64,000 nt of DNA from Escherichia coli (GTDB lineage Bacteria > Pseudomonadota > Gammaproteobacteria > Enterobacterales > Enterobacteriaceae). The translations under genes were made by a program, and so were the position numbers. Under the pieces are notes generated by a model. That model was not told the DNA's origin, ran no database searches, and was given only the letters and a program-made list of their open reading frames with translations. The first letter of the stretch is position 1; every line of letters begins with the position of its first letter. Of the stretch, positions 1 to 11,146 are shown piece by piece. The stretch is taken from assembly GCF_013315695.1 (NCBI RefSeq), contig NZ_CP054353.1. One strand, given 5' to 3'.

Positions 1-869
1 TAGTGGGTCAGCGGCGGCTCTTTTGCTGACTTGCGGCCTAAACGCTCCATGCTGCGGGCGATCATATCCAGCATCGGGTAAGGAACCGAACGAATACGAC
101 AGTCAATATTCAACTCGTCGATCAGCTTCTGCACGATGCTGCGCAGTGTGCGATGCTCGCCGTTGGTGATGTTGTACACACGCCCGGAAGGTAGCTTATC
201 GCAGGCTTCCTGGCTTGCCAGCCACATGGCGTGCACGGCATTTTCATAGTAGGTCATATCGACCAGCGCACTGCCGCCGTGCGGTAACAGAATGCTGCCG
301 TAGTGGTGCATCATATGCGCCAGACGGGGGATAAAGACTTTATCGTGCGGTCCGAACAGACTTTGTGGGCGCAGAATAGTAAAGCGCGTTTGTGGATTTG
401 CCTGCGAAAGCATATTGATCACTTCTTCGCTGGCTGCTTTGCTACGGGCAAACTCGTTAGCGAAGCGGTGAGGGCGAAAATCTTCTTTAATATCGCGATG
501 GTGGTGATAATCGAAGTACAGGGAGGGGGAAGAGATATGAATAAAGTTACGCACACCCCAGGCGACAGCCCATTCACCCAGGCGGCGAGTGGCGCGAACG
601 TTAGCCAGATCGAAAGCCTGTTGTGTCCCCCAGGGCGAGGTAAAGCTGGAGCAGTGCCACAGCGTATCAATGCCCGCGAGCATCACTTTAGCTTGTGATG
701 AGACCAGCTCGGTCAGATCCGCCGGAACAAACTCTGCGCCCATTTTTTCCAGCAATTTACCCATTGCCTCGTTGCGACCGGTCGCTCGCACGCTGATGCC
801 TTTCTGGCATAAAAACTCTACCGCGTTTCGACCTAAGCCGCTGGTGGCGCCGGTAACCAGTACCTTCAT
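1..869 (-). CDS. ybjS: NAD-dependent epimerase/dehydratase family protein YbjS (C-terminus beyond window edge)
   Basis: Minus-strand ORF from ATG at 869 ([19 protein letters not shown]..., Rossmann G-x-x-G motif) stays open to position 1; lies upstream of ybjT as in E. coli. Confidence 0.75.
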   Translation of the reverse strand, partial: MKVLVTGATSGLGRNAVEFLCQKGISVRATGRNEAMGKLLEKMGAEFVPADLTELVSSQAKVMLAGIDTLWHCSSFTSPWGTQQAFDLANVRATRRLGEWAVAWGVRNFIHISSPSLYFDYHHHRDIKEDFRPHRFANEFARSKAASEEVINMLSQANPQTRFTILRPQSLFGPHDKVFIPRLAHMMHHYGSILLPHGGSALVDMTYYENAVHAMWLASQEACDKLPSGRVYNITNGEHRTLRSIVQKLIDELNIDCRIRSVPYPMLDMIARSMERLGRKSAKEPPLTH

Positions 870-967
870 ATCAATCCACTGTTGTTGAGAAAATAACGTG
901 CGCATTCTTCCGTGATTTCCTCCATGATGCAATGGGAAACATGAAAGAATAACGCAGGTTTTGTCGA

Positions 968-2398
968 TTAATCTGTGCTTTGTTCTGCCAGTCTGGCGAT
1001 TCGTTTTGCCATTCCGCGAAAAATAAACAGATGCGCGGGGATCATCAATAACCAGTAAAACAACCCTGGCATACCGTGCGGATGCCAGAATGCGCGAACA
1101 TCGATAGTACGATAGTCACCTTTATCTTCCAGGGTAAAACACAGTCGTCCCAGCCCCGGCGCTTTCATGCCAAATAACAGCGTAAGTTGTTTTTGCGGTT
1201 CAACGACAATCACTTTCCAGCTATCCACCGCATCTCCGGTCTGCAAATATTCACGCTCCGGGCGGCCTTTTGCCAGCTTATGACCGATCGCGCGGTCCAT
1301 CAGCGCCCGGGTCTGCCACAAAATATTACCAAAGAAATAACGCTCTCTACCGCCGATTTGATTCACCACCTGCCATAAAGCCGCAAGGCTGGCGGACGTT
1401 TTAACGGTAAACCCCGCCTGTTTGGCGAAATAACCGTACTCCGGTCGCCAGCGGGCAAAGGCCTGAGCGTCGTATCCCCAGTCGCTGGAGTTGACCAGCT
1501 TTTCTTCCTCTTTCAGGGTGCGACGTACCGCGTCATCGAAAGCAATCAGCCGTTGTGGGATGAGTGCACGTAACGCGGTGTCATCTGCCAGCAGATCGTG
1601 TTTCAGCCCCTGAATCAACGCTTTGGCGGTGGTGGGCGGTACGGAAGTAATCACATTGAGAAACCACACCGAAATCCAGCGGGTCGGAAAGGGGATGGGG
1701 ATCAACCAGCGGCGCTTACCGCTCACCGCCATAAAATGTTCAAACTGTTGCTGATAACTGAGTACTTCTGGCCCAGCGGCTTCGAAGATGCGATGTTCGC
1801 AGGCCGGATGATCTAACAGCGCCACCAGATAGTGCAGCAGGTTTTCCAGCGCAATGGGCGTGGTGCGTGAACGGACCCAGCGTGGCGGCGTTAACACGGG
1901 CAAGTTGTAAACCATATCGCGCATGACTTCGAACGCCGCTGAACCTGCACCAACGATTATTCCGGCACGCAATTCGGTCACCGGGACACCCGCTTCACGA
2001 AGAATATCCGCCGTAGCCTGACGGGCGCGCAGATGGTCCGACTGCTCATGTGGCGGGGCCTGCAACGAACTGAGAAAGATTAATTGCTTAACTGGGACTT
2101 CACGTAGCGCATCGCGGACGTTGAGGGCCACCTGGCGCTCCTGAGCGATAAAATCGCCGCCTTCGCCCATGCTGTGCACCAGAAAATAGACCGTATCGAT
2201 ATCCTGCAACAGGGCCGGAAGGTTATCCGGCCAGCTGAGATCGACTTTATGGCAACTGACATTTGCCAGTTGCAGCTTTGCAAGCCTGTCGACATGACGT
2301 GCCGCCGCCAGGATCTGATGCCCCTGCTGGCTGAGTGTTCGCACCAGATGCTGACCAATGTAGCCACTGGCACCGAGAACTAAAATGCGTTGCGGCAC
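968..2398 (-). CDS. ybjT: DUF2867/NAD(P)-binding domain protein YbjT
   Basis: ORF 968..2473; likely GTG start at 2398 giving ...[18 protein letters not shown] (Rossmann motif); recognised as E. coli YbjT from memory. Confidence 0.8.
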   Translation of the reverse strand: MPQRILVLGASGYIGQHLVRTLSQQGHQILAAARHVDRLAKLQLANVSCHKVDLSWPDNLPALLQDIDTVYFLVHSMGEGGDFIAQERQVALNVRDALREVPVKQLIFLSSLQAPPHEQSDHLRARQATADILREAGVPVTELRAGIIVGAGSAAFEVMRDMVYNLPVLTPPRWVRSRTTPIALENLLHYLVALLDHPACEHRIFEAAGPEVLSYQQQFEHFMAVSGKRRWLIPIPFPTRWISVWFLNVITSVPPTTAKALIQGLKHDLLADDTALRALIPQRLIAFDDAVRRTLKEEEKLVNSSDWGYDAQAFARWRPEYGYFAKQAGFTVKTSASLAALWQVVNQIGGRERYFFGNILWQTRALMDRAIGHKLAKGRPEREYLQTGDAVDSWKVIVVEPQKQLTLLFGMKAPGLGRLCFTLEDKGDYRTIDVRAFWHPHGMPGLFYWLLMIPAHLFIFRGMAKRIARLAEQSTD

Positions 2399-2408
2399 GT
2401 CTCCCTCC

Positions 2409-3410
2409 TTAACGCGCCAGGAATGCGCGCCAGTGGGCGGCGACTTCCGCCAGCTGAGCGCGCGAGACGTCAAGATGCGTCACCAGGCGGACAATCGGCG
2501 AGGCGTTAATCAGCACGTTTCTCGCTTTCATGTATTCGCCTAACGCGGCAGCATTTTCTTCCCCGACGCGAACAAACAGCATATTGGTGTCCTGACGCAT
2601 CACATCCGCGCCTGCTTCACGCAGCTGCTCCGCCATCCAGGCAGCGTTGTCGTGGTCTTCCTGCAAGCGCGCAACGTTATTTTTCAGGGCATATATTCCG
2701 GTGGCAGCCAGAATGCCGGACTGGCGCATCCCGCCACCTGTCATTTTCCGCCAGCGAATGGCACGTTTAATGTAATCACGATTACCGACGAGTAATGAAC
2801 CGACTGGCGTCCCAAGACCTTTCGACAGGCAAATGGTGAACGAATCACAATATTGTGTGATCTCTTTCAGTTCGCAGCCGTAAGCCACCACAGCATTAAA
2901 GATGCGCGCACCGTCCACATGCAGCGCCAGATTGCGCTCGCGGGTAAATTCCCATGCTTCTTTGAGGTATTCACGCGGCAGCACTTTGCCGTTGTGAGTG
3001 TTTTCCAGACTGAGTAATTTGGTGCGGGCGAAATGGATATCGTCGGGTTTGATTTTCATCGCCACTTTATCCAGCGGTAGCGTGCCGTCGGCAGCCGCGT
3101 CGATGGGTTGCGGTTGAATACTGCCCAGCACCGCCGCGCCACCGGCTTCAAACAGATAGTTATGCGCGGCCTGACCGACAATATACTCTTCGCCGCGTTC
3201 ACAGTGACTGAGCAGAGCGACCAGGTTGGCCTGAGTGCCGGTAGGCAGAAAAATGGCGGCTTCTTTACCGGAAAGCTCTGCTGCATAGTCCTGCAGAGCA
3301 TTAACGGTAGGGTCGTCTCCGTAAACGTCGTCCCCAACCGGGGCGGCCATCATCGCTTCGAGCATGGCGCGGCTCGGTCGGGTAACGGTATCACTGCGTA
3401 AATCAATCAT
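2409..3410 (-). CDS. ltaE: low-specificity L-threonine aldolase
   Basis: 333-aa [16 protein letters not shown]..., PLP-dependent aldolase signature; synteny ybjT-ltaE-poxB. Confidence 0.9.
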   Translation of the reverse strand: MIDLRSDTVTRPSRAMLEAMMAAPVGDDVYGDDPTVNALQDYAAELSGKEAAIFLPTGTQANLVALLSHCERGEEYIVGQAAHNYLFEAGGAAVLGSIQPQPIDAAADGTLPLDKVAMKIKPDDIHFARTKLLSLENTHNGKVLPREYLKEAWEFTRERNLALHVDGARIFNAVVAYGCELKEITQYCDSFTICLSKGLGTPVGSLLVGNRDYIKRAIRWRKMTGGGMRQSGILAATGIYALKNNVARLQEDHDNAAWMAEQLREAGADVMRQDTNMLFVRVGEENAAALGEYMKARNVLINASPIVRLVTHLDVSRAQLAEVAAHWRAFLAR

Positions 3411-3446
3411 GGCATGTCCTTATTATGACGGGAAATGCCACCCTTT

Positions 3447-5165
3447 TTACCTTAGCCAGTTCGTTTTCGCCAGTTCGATCACTTCATCACCGCGTCCGCT
3501 GATGATTGCGCGCAACATATACAAGCTGAAACCTTTGGCCTGTTCGAGTTTGATCTGCGGTGGAATGGCTAATTCTTCTTTGGCTACTACCACATCCACC
3601 AACACCGGACCGTCGATGGAAAAGGCGCGTTGCAGGGCTTCATCGACTTCAGAGGCTTTTTCCACGCGAATACCCGTAATTCCGCACGCTTCGGCAATGC
3701 GGGCAAAGTTGGTGTCGTGCAGCTCAGTACCGTCTGTCAGGTAGCCTCCGGCTTTCATCTCCATCGCCACAAAGCCCAGCACGCTGTTATTAAAGACGAT
3801 AATTTTCACTGGCAATTTCATCTGCATTACTGAGAGGAAATCGCCCATCAACATACTGAAACCGCCATCGCCGCACATGGCGACCACCTGACGTTCCGGC
3901 TCGGTTGCCTGCGCACCCAGCGCCTGCGGCATGGCGTTAGCCATCGAACCGTGGTTAAACGAACCTAACAGACGACGCTTGCCGTTCATTTTCAGATAAC
4001 GTGCCGCCCACACCGTTGGCGTACCAACGTCACAGGTAAAGATGGCGTCATCGGCGGCAAAATGACTAATTTGCTGCGCCAGATATTGCGGGTGAATGGC
4101 TTTCTCGCTCGGTTTAGCTAAATCATCCAGCCCTTTGCGGGCGTCGCGGTAATCTTCCAGCGCTTTATCCAGAAACTTGCGATCGGTTTTTTCTTCCACC
4201 AGTGGCAGCAATGCCCGCAGGGTTGATTTGATATCGCCGACCAGTGCCATATCTACCTTGCTATGCGCGCCGATGCTGGCTGGGTTGATATCAATCTGAA
4301 TAATTTTGGCATCGGTCGGGTAGAACGCGCGGTAGGGAAATTGCGTGCCGAGCAGCACTAACGTATCGGCATTCATCATGGTATGGAAACCTGACGAGAA
4401 GCCGATTAATCCCGTCATTCCGACATCATACGGATTATCGTATTCGACATGCTCTTTACCGCGCAGGGCATGAACAATAGGCGCTTTAATTTTCCCGGCA
4501 AACTCAACTAACTCTTTATGCGCCCCCGCGCAGCCGCTGCCACACATCAGGGCGATATTGCTGGAATAACGCAGCAGTTGCGCCAGTTTGCGTAACTCTT
4601 CTTCTTCCGGCGTCACGACTGGTTGTGGCGCATTATACCAGTGGGTAGTTGCCCCTTCTGGTGCAGGTTTTAACGCCACGTCGCCCGGTAACACGACAAC
4701 GGAAACGCCACGGTTTAGCACTGCTTTGCGCATAGCAATTGCCAGCACTTGTGGGATCTGCTCTGGGCTGGAAACCAGCTCGCAATAGTGACTACATTCG
4801 CGGAATAGCTCTTGTGGGTGGGTTTCCTGGAAATAGCCGCTGCCAATTTCGCTGGAGGGAATATGAGCGGCAATCGCCAGTACCGGAACGTGATTGCGGT
4901 GGCAATCGAACAGGCCGTTGATTAAGTGCAGGTTGCCGGGGCCGCACGATCCGGCACAGACCGCCAGTTCTCCGCTAAGTTGTGCTTCAGCGCCAGCGGC
5001 AAACGCCGCCACTTCTTCATGCCGGGTGGACATCCACTCGATGGTGCCCATGCGATTAAGACTGTCACTAAGACCGTTCAGAGAGTCGCCCGTGACTCCC
5101 CAGATGCGTTTCACTCCTGCCGATTCGAGTGTTTTGGCGATATAAGCTGCAACCGTTTGTTTCAT
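3447..5165 (-). CDS. poxB: pyruvate oxidase (ubiquinone-dependent pyruvate dehydrogenase), TPP/FAD enzyme
   Basis: 572-aa [34 protein letters not shown]..., TPP-binding GDGG motif. Confidence 0.9.
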   Translation of the reverse strand: MKQTVAAYIAKTLESAGVKRIWGVTGDSLNGLSDSLNRMGTIEWMSTRHEEVAAFAAGAEAQLSGELAVCAGSCGPGNLHLINGLFDCHRNHVPVLAIAAHIPSSEIGSGYFQETHPQELFRECSHYCELVSSPEQIPQVLAIAMRKAVLNRGVSVVVLPGDVALKPAPEGATTHWYNAPQPVVTPEEEELRKLAQLLRYSSNIALMCGSGCAGAHKELVEFAGKIKAPIVHALRGKEHVEYDNPYDVGMTGLIGFSSGFHTMMNADTLVLLGTQFPYRAFYPTDAKIIQIDINPASIGAHSKVDMALVGDIKSTLRALLPLVEEKTDRKFLDKALEDYRDARKGLDDLAKPSEKAIHPQYLAQQISHFAADDAIFTCDVGTPTVWAARYLKMNGKRRLLGSFNHGSMANAMPQALGAQATEPERQVVAMCGDGGFSMLMGDFLSVMQMKLPVKIIVFNNSVLGFVAMEMKAGGYLTDGTELHDTNFARIAEACGITGIRVEKASEVDEALQRAFSIDGPVLVDVVVAKEELAIPPQIKLEQAKGFSLYMLRAIISGRGDEVIELAKTNWLR

Positions 5166-5297
5166 GGTTCTCCATCTCCTGAATGTGATAACGGTAACAA
5201 GTTTAGTTCATCTGACGGAGGGGGAAGGGATGGGAGAAAAAGGAGGCACTAACGGTTAAATAGCCCGATGAAAGGAATATCATCGGGCATAAGGCGA

Positions 5298-6266
5298 TTA
5301 TGCGAGAACCAAATCCCCCTGCGGATGGCAGGAGCAGGCCAGTACGTAACCTTCAGCGATTTCGGCGTCGGTCAGCGTCATTGTGCTGCTCACCGTATAT
5401 TCACCGGAAACCACTTTCGTCTTACAGCAGCCGCAAACACCTGCGCGGCAGGCGGCGACAACCGGAACGTTATTGCTTTCCAGCGCCTCCAGTAGCGTGG
5501 TGCCAACCGGGGCGTAAAATTCTCGTGCCGGTTGCAGTTTGGTGAATTTCAGACCGCTGATCGCCGCTTCCGCTACTGGGGTGAAGAATTTCTCTTTAAA
5601 GAAACGCGTCACGCCGAGCGCTTTCACTTCCTGCTCTACCCAATCCATATATGGAGCAGGGCCACAGGTCATCACGGTACGTGAGGCTAAATCAGGGACA
5701 CCTGCCAGCAGTTCGCGAGTGAGACGACCAGCGATAAAGCCTTCGGTAACGTTATTTTCCGCCACCAGCGTTACCGGATAGTTACGCCACTCATCGGCGA
5801 AAATCACATCCTGCGGCGTACGCACGTTGTAGATCACCTGCACATCGGCCTGTGGACGGTTCTTCGCCAGCCAGCGACGCATCGACATAATCGGCGTAAC
5901 GCCGCAGCCTGCCGCCAGCAACAGGAATTTATCTTCTGCTTTATCGTCGCAGGTAAATTCCCCCATCGCGTCCGAAAGCCAGAGATAATCACCGCGTTTT
6001 ACATCGCGCGTCAGCCACTGGGAGCCGACACCGTCATCAATCCGCCGCACAGTCAGGGTGATGTATTCACTCACGCCTGGCGTGGAGGAAATGGTGTAAG
6101 CACGCAGCGTTTCCGCTGAGTTACGCACGCTGACCAGTGCATATTGCCCGGCGCGATATGGGTAGTAATCGTGGCAAATCAGGGAAATCGTCCACACATC
6201 CGGCGTTTCTTGCGTAATGTGATGAACCTGCATCCGCCACGGGCATTGATTCGTTGGCATCGTCAT
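5298..6266 (-). CDS. hcr: NADH oxidoreductase for hybrid-cluster protein (FAD/NAD and 2Fe-2S ferredoxin domains)
   Basis: ORF 5298..6272; likely start MTMPTNQCPW at 6266; C-terminal CxxGxCGxC...C 2Fe-2S motif; immediately downstream of hcp. Confidence 0.9.
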   Translation of the reverse strand: MTMPTNQCPWRMQVHHITQETPDVWTISLICHDYYPYRAGQYALVSVRNSAETLRAYTISSTPGVSEYITLTVRRIDDGVGSQWLTRDVKRGDYLWLSDAMGEFTCDDKAEDKFLLLAAGCGVTPIMSMRRWLAKNRPQADVQVIYNVRTPQDVIFADEWRNYPVTLVAENNVTEGFIAGRLTRELLAGVPDLASRTVMTCGPAPYMDWVEQEVKALGVTRFFKEKFFTPVAEAAISGLKFTKLQPAREFYAPVGTTLLEALESNNVPVVAACRAGVCGCCKTKVVSGEYTVSSTMTLTDAEIAEGYVLACSCHPQGDLVLA

Positions 6267-6277
6267 CGACAAACTCC

Positions 6278-7930
6278 TTACGCGCTCAACAGTTGCTTCA
6301 TGTCTTCTTCAACAGTGGTGATAGAACGCAGGCCGAATTTCTCGTTCAGCACCGCCAGCAGGTCTGGTGTCAGGAAACCAGGTGCAGTCGGGCCGGTGAC
6401 GATATTTTTCACACCCAGAGAAAGCAGCGTCAGCAGAATGACAATCGCTTTCTGTTCAAACCAGGAGAGCACCAGCGACAGCGGCAGATCGTTGACTCCG
6501 CAGCCCAGTTTCTCTGCCAGCGTTACCGCCAGAATAATTGCTGAGTAAGCATCGTTACACTGACCAGCATCTACCAGACGCGGCAGACCTTCGATATCGC
6601 CAAACTCAAGTTTATTAAAGCGATATTTACCGCAAGCGAGGGTCAGGATCAGGCAGTCATCCGGCACGCTGGTGGCGAAATCGGTGAAGTAGTGACGCTC
6701 GCCGCGTGCGCCGTCACAGCCGCCAAGCAGGAAGATATGACGCAGTTTTTCACGGCTCACCAGATCAATCAGCGTATCGGCTGCGCCAAGCAGTGTCTGG
6801 CGACCAAAGCCCACGGTGATCAGGTGCGGAATTTCGCTGTACGGGAAGCCCGCCATCTGTTGCGCCTGGGCAATGACCGCAGAGAAATCTTCGCCATCCA
6901 GATGACGCACACCCGGCCAGCCAACGATGCTGCGGGTCCAGATACGATCGTCATAAGCGCCTACGGTTGGGTCGATGATGCAGTTTGAGGTCATCACGAT
7001 GGGGCCAGGGAAACGAGCGAACTCCACTTGCTGATTCTGCCAGCCGCTGCCGTAGTTACCGACCAGATGCTTGAATTTACGCAGCTCCGGGTAACCATGC
7101 GCAGGCAGCATTTCGCCGTGGGTGTAGACATTAACGCCCGTGCCTTCTGTCTGTTCCAGCAGGTTGTAGAGATCTTTGAGATCGTGACCGGAAATCAGAA
7201 TGCATTTACCCGCCGTCGCTTTGACGTTGACCTGGGTTGGCGTCGGGTGACCGTATTTACTGGTTTCGCCTGCATCCAGAATGCTCATCACTTTGAAGTT
7301 CATCTGGCCGATTTCCATTGAACACTCAAGAAGCGCGTTCATATCGGCAGGCCAGGTCCCCAGCCACGCCATGATTTTATGGTACTGGGCATAAATATCA
7401 TTGTCGTATTGACCGAGAACGTGTGCGTGTTCCATATAGGCCGCCGCACCTTTCAGGCCATACAGGCACAGCAGACGCAGGCCGAGAATGTTTTCGCCAA
7501 TCGCCGCTTTATCTTTGTTAGGGGTAAATTCTGCTGCCTGACGTTGCAGCTCGCCGAGATCGTCGCTCACCAGTTGCAGGTCAGCCATCGGGTTATCGAC
7601 GCGGGCGTTGGCATCTACAGCCAGGCAGTGTGCTTTCAGCGCCTCGCGCAGGGCAATCGCTTCACGAGCGTAGCCGACAATACGCGGAGAATCGAAGTTA
7701 ACGTTGGTCAGGGTTGAGAAAAAGGCACGTGGCGCAAAGCTGTCTACATCGTGGTTGATGATGCCGTATTCACGCGCTTTTACCGCCCAGGCCGAAAGCC
7801 CTTGCAGCGCCGCGATGAGTAAATCCTGAAGGTCAGAGGTTTCCGCCGTTTTACCACACATCCCCTGCGCGTATGAGCAGCCGTTTCCTGCCGGAGTACG
7901 GATAGTTTGTTCACATTGCACACAAAACAT
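6278..7930 (-). CDS. hcp: hybrid-cluster protein (hydroxylamine reductase)
   Basis: ORF 6278..7936; N-terminal MFCVQCEQT cysteine motif; ~550 aa. Confidence 0.9.
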   Translation of the reverse strand: MFCVQCEQTIRTPAGNGCSYAQGMCGKTAETSDLQDLLIAALQGLSAWAVKAREYGIINHDVDSFAPRAFFSTLTNVNFDSPRIVGYAREAIALREALKAHCLAVDANARVDNPMADLQLVSDDLGELQRQAAEFTPNKDKAAIGENILGLRLLCLYGLKGAAAYMEHAHVLGQYDNDIYAQYHKIMAWLGTWPADMNALLECSMEIGQMNFKVMSILDAGETSKYGHPTPTQVNVKATAGKCILISGHDLKDLYNLLEQTEGTGVNVYTHGEMLPAHGYPELRKFKHLVGNYGSGWQNQQVEFARFPGPIVMTSNCIIDPTVGAYDDRIWTRSIVGWPGVRHLDGEDFSAVIAQAQQMAGFPYSEIPHLITVGFGRQTLLGAADTLIDLVSREKLRHIFLLGGCDGARGERHYFTDFATSVPDDCLILTLACGKYRFNKLEFGDIEGLPRLVDAGQCNDAYSAIILAVTLAEKLGCGVNDLPLSLVLSWFEQKAIVILLTLLSLGVKNIVTGPTAPGFLTPDLLAVLNEKFGLRSITTVEEDMKQLLSA

Positions 7931-8073
7931 GATCACACCTTTTAAAGTTATATTTAATATACATGTTTAAGGTTAAGACGCTTAACGCGGGGATAAAAGG
8001 GATTTTTCATGCAACTTTAAGGGAGATTGATTTAGCGCAATTTTGGCGGCAGGGATCTACCGCCAGAGAGGTA

Positions 8074-8973
8074 TTACGCGGAAAAAAAGGCGATGAGGAT
8101 CGGCACTAACAGGCTGAGAATAAAACCGTGAACAATCGCCGCCGGGACCATATCCAGCCCGCCAGTACGTTGAAGAACGGGCAGGGTGAAATCCATCGAC
8201 GTCGCACCGCATAAGCCCAGTGCAGTAGAGCGGCTACGGCGAATCAGCCCAGGGATTAACATAATAGCAATCAGCTCACGGGCCAGATCATTAAAAAACG
8301 CCGCGCTCCCGATTACTGGACCAAAAGATTCGGTCAATAAAATACCGGAAAGAGAATACCAGCCGAAACCGGAGGCCATTGCCAGCGCGGTATTGATGGG
8401 AAGATCAAGAATAAAGGCGTTAATTAAACCACCAATTAATGAACTGGCAACCACCACCACGGCGACAATCATTCCCCGGCGATTAAGGACAATCTGCTTT
8501 AAGGTCATGCCATTATTGCGCAACTGAATACCGACGAGGAAAAGTAGCAGAATTAAGGTGTATTCACTGGCTTTGGTCGCGTGTTGTAAGAAAGCCAGTC
8601 CACTCAGACCAATGGCAAAACCAATCACTACTACGCCGCACAGTTTTAGCGACTCCAGTGCCATCGCAATACGCGACGGGAGTTTTTCTTGATGATGGTG
8701 GTTGCGCCATGGCAGGCCGCGCTCCAGCCACAACAACGCAATAATATTGCAGAGTAAAATAATGGTAATGCTGACGGAGGAATAATGCAGAATCGCCAAC
8801 AGGTTACTGGCGAGGTTATCGAGAAACGCCAGACTGATACCCATAAAAAAGAGAATGAGGTAAACCATCCAACTTAATAGCTGATTAATAACTCTTAATG
8901 CAGCTTTTTGGCGAAGCGGAATGAGGTAACCCACAATCAGGGGAACCAGAATGATTAACAGCCCAGAAAACAT
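8074..8973 (-). CDS. ybjE: lysine exporter LysO (YbjE), inner-membrane protein
   Basis: ORF 8074..9021, highly hydrophobic; likely start MFSGLLIILVPL at 8973. Confidence 0.85.
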   Translation of the reverse strand: MFSGLLIILVPLIVGYLIPLRQKAALRVINQLLSWMVYLILFFMGISLAFLDNLASNLLAILHYSSVSITIILLCNIIALLWLERGLPWRNHHHQEKLPSRIAMALESLKLCGVVVIGFAIGLSGLAFLQHATKASEYTLILLLFLVGIQLRNNGMTLKQIVLNRRGMIVAVVVVASSLIGGLINAFILDLPINTALAMASGFGWYSLSGILLTESFGPVIGSAAFFNDLARELIAIMLIPGLIRRSRSTALGLCGATSMDFTLPVLQRTGGLDMVPAAIVHGFILSLLVPILIAFFSA

Positions 8974-9312
8974 GAAAACCCAGTCCTTGCAAAGATGAAG
9001 TCGAAATGCGCGATGACACACTACTGAAAGCGGAAGGACGAGTAAAGTTGCAATTAAAAGGAAATGTTATGCAAAAGGAGCAGTAGAGTATTCGTTTTCA
9101 TTTAAAGATGTTCTTGCGCTTTAATTACAAACCGCACCGGTGTTGGTGGCGTCAAAATCGCTGAAGCGTTCCCCGAAGGCCGGGGCAGCCCACATGGATG
9201 TGGGCTGAGGGCGCGTCTTACAAGGATAATGAGATGGACGCTCCAGATTTTACGGTATCAAAGTACCAGACTGGATCGTTGCAATACGTCCTGAAAAATT
9301 AGGGGCGTCCAC

Positions 9313-10338
9313 ATGAAAGTATCAACTCTTGGTATCGACCTGGCAAAGAACGTTTTTCAGCTTCATGGTGTCGATCATGAAGGCCATACTATTTTGCGTA
9401 AAAAGCTCACCCGGGCTAAGTTTGTTCAGTTTGTGATTCAACTGGAACCTTGTCTGATTGGCATGGAAGCCTGCTCATCCAGTCATTATTTTGCGCGATT
9501 ATTCACCCGCTATGGTCATGAGGTAAAACTCATACCTCCGCAGTATGTGAAGCCTTATGTGAAAACGAACAAGACGGATGCAGCAGATGCTGAAGCAATC
9601 TGCGAAGCGGTAACCCGTCCGAATATGCGTTTTGTTCAGATAAAAACCGAAGAGCAGCAGGCCGTTTTAGCGTTACACACTGAACGGGGAATACTTATCC
9701 GTGAGCGGATTGCCTGTGCCAATAGTTTAAGAGCCACACTTGCTGAGTTTGGTATTACGATTGCGGCCGGACAAAGCCATTTAACACGTGAGCTGCCAGC
9801 CATTCTGGAGGATGGCGAAAATGGTTTATCTCCCTTTGTCAGAACCAGCATCTACAGACAGTCTAAACATATCCGGGAACTTGAAGAACAAGTTAAACAG
9901 GTAGAAGAAGCTCTGGCCTCCTGGTATAGAACGCAGGAAGCCTGCCAGAGAATGGCCAAGATCCCGGGGGTTGGCATGCTAACGGCCACTTATGTGGTAG
10001 CAGCAGTGGGTAATGCCCGACAATTCAGTACCGCAAAGCAGTTCGCTTCATGGCTGGGGCTGACACCAAAGGAACATTCCAGCGGCGGGAAACAGCAACT
10101 GGGAGGGATCAGCAAACGTGGAGATGGATATTTCCGATACCTGCTGGTTCACGGCGCACGCGCACTTACCGCCTGGGTCAACCGAAACGGCGCGGTTGAG
10201 GAGAATTCCTGGCTTCAGGGACTCCTTGAGCGGAAGCACTACAATGTAGCTGTTGTCGCCATGGCGGCAAAAACAGCGAGGATCATGTGGTCAATGTTGT
10301 CACACAATACTGAATATCAACCTCGGCAGCTCGCCTGA
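9313..10338 (+). CDS. IS110-family (IS1111-subgroup-like) transposase
   Basis: 341-aa ORF MKVSTLGIDLAKNVFQLHG...EACSSSHYFAR...VKSNKTDAADAEAICEA; matches the N-terminal RuvC-like DEDD architecture of IS5075/IS1111-type transposases as I recall them. Confidence 0.85.
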   Translation: MKVSTLGIDLAKNVFQLHGVDHEGHTILRKKLTRAKFVQFVIQLEPCLIGMEACSSSHYFARLFTRYGHEVKLIPPQYVKPYVKTNKTDAADAEAICEAVTRPNMRFVQIKTEEQQAVLALHTERGILIRERIACANSLRATLAEFGITIAAGQSHLTRELPAILEDGENGLSPFVRTSIYRQSKHIRELEEQVKQVEEALASWYRTQEACQRMAKIPGVGMLTATYVVAAVGNARQFSTAKQFASWLGLTPKEHSSGGKQQLGGISKRGDGYFRYLLVHGARALTAWVNRNGAVEENSWLQGLLERKHYNVAVVAMAAKTARIMWSMLSHNTEYQPRQLA

Positions 10339-10800
10339 CACAAGGTCAGTCAATCTGACGAGGTGCTGAAAAAAAGTTAACGTCCTGGTAGGTGCAGGTG
10401 ACTTCAGAAGATGGCAAAACAGGTAAGACCGCAGGCAGGATACACCGAGAGGTAACAAGGGCAAGTTAGCCCGTAGAGGATGATTGGTACCTGCCTGGCG
10501 GATTTCATCATGGTTCGGGATAAAAATCCCATCAGAAACCGGATATATGGCTGCACCTACCCGTTTTATTACATAACTGAAGAAAGCATTGCATTCCGGG
10601 AGCGTCCATATATGTTACCTCGCGCCCGACCCGGTAGCCGTAAGGGATAAGCCGAGGGCACCGCGCAGCGGCGATTTTGTTCGCCAGAGCCCGGGGGTGC
10701 AGGGGGCGGCGGCGATTGGCCGCCCCCTGCGCGCTCCTTGCGCCAGTGATTATATGAAGCAATGCACATGACAGGAGCGCAACAGGATGAGAGACTGAAC
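10339..10800 (+). ncRNA. candidate IS-encoded guide (seekRNA/bridge-RNA-like) structured region at the 3' end of the transposase
   Basis: No credible ORF; GC-rich with strong hairpins, e.g. gcagggggcggc-ggcgattg-gccgccccctgc near 10700; IS1111-subgroup elements carry their guide RNA downstream of tnp. Confidence 0.3.
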
Positions 10801-10840
10801 TATTCTCGTTATTTTCGGACCTGATGACATTAATTAATTT

Positions 10841-10924
10841 TAAAATATCATCTTAAATACGCCAGTCACCACCAGTAGCCCAATCAGGAAAATAATCAAT
10901 ACAGCCCAGAGTATAATTTTCATT
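10841..10924 (-). CDS. yohP: small membrane protein YohP (27 aa)
   Basis: Minus-strand ORF translating to MKIILWAVLIIFLIGLLVVTGVFKMIF; too short for the ORF track. Confidence 0.85.
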
Positions 10925-11146
10925 GGCGTTCCTTTATTTGTGAGTGCTGAATAAGTATAGGAAAAAACGAAGCCCTTTGCCGCTATTCATAAACGATTAA
11001 GATAAATCGGAAGATATCATTCGCTTAGTGTATATTTTTCTGGATATGTCGTTTTATTGCCACTGATGTATTGCCACGCGAAACTAAAAAATATATCGCA
11101 ACACACGGTAATCTCCGCGCACCTTTTCTTACCTGATTATTCCCCC

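Larger units (their letters stand above)
9160..10800 (+). mobile_element. IS110/IS1111-family insertion sequence (ends approximate)
   Basis: Single DEDD-type transposase ORF flanked by ~150 bp 5' and ~450 bp GC-rich structured 3' non-coding DNA; sits between genes that are not neighbours in K-12 (ybjE | yohP). Confidence 0.6.

Noticed and set aside
10532-10771. Short ORFs (60-76 aa) on both strands in the IS 3' tail
   Set aside because: Arg/Pro/Gly-rich translations of GC-rich hairpin DNA; better explained as structured non-coding RNA of the IS
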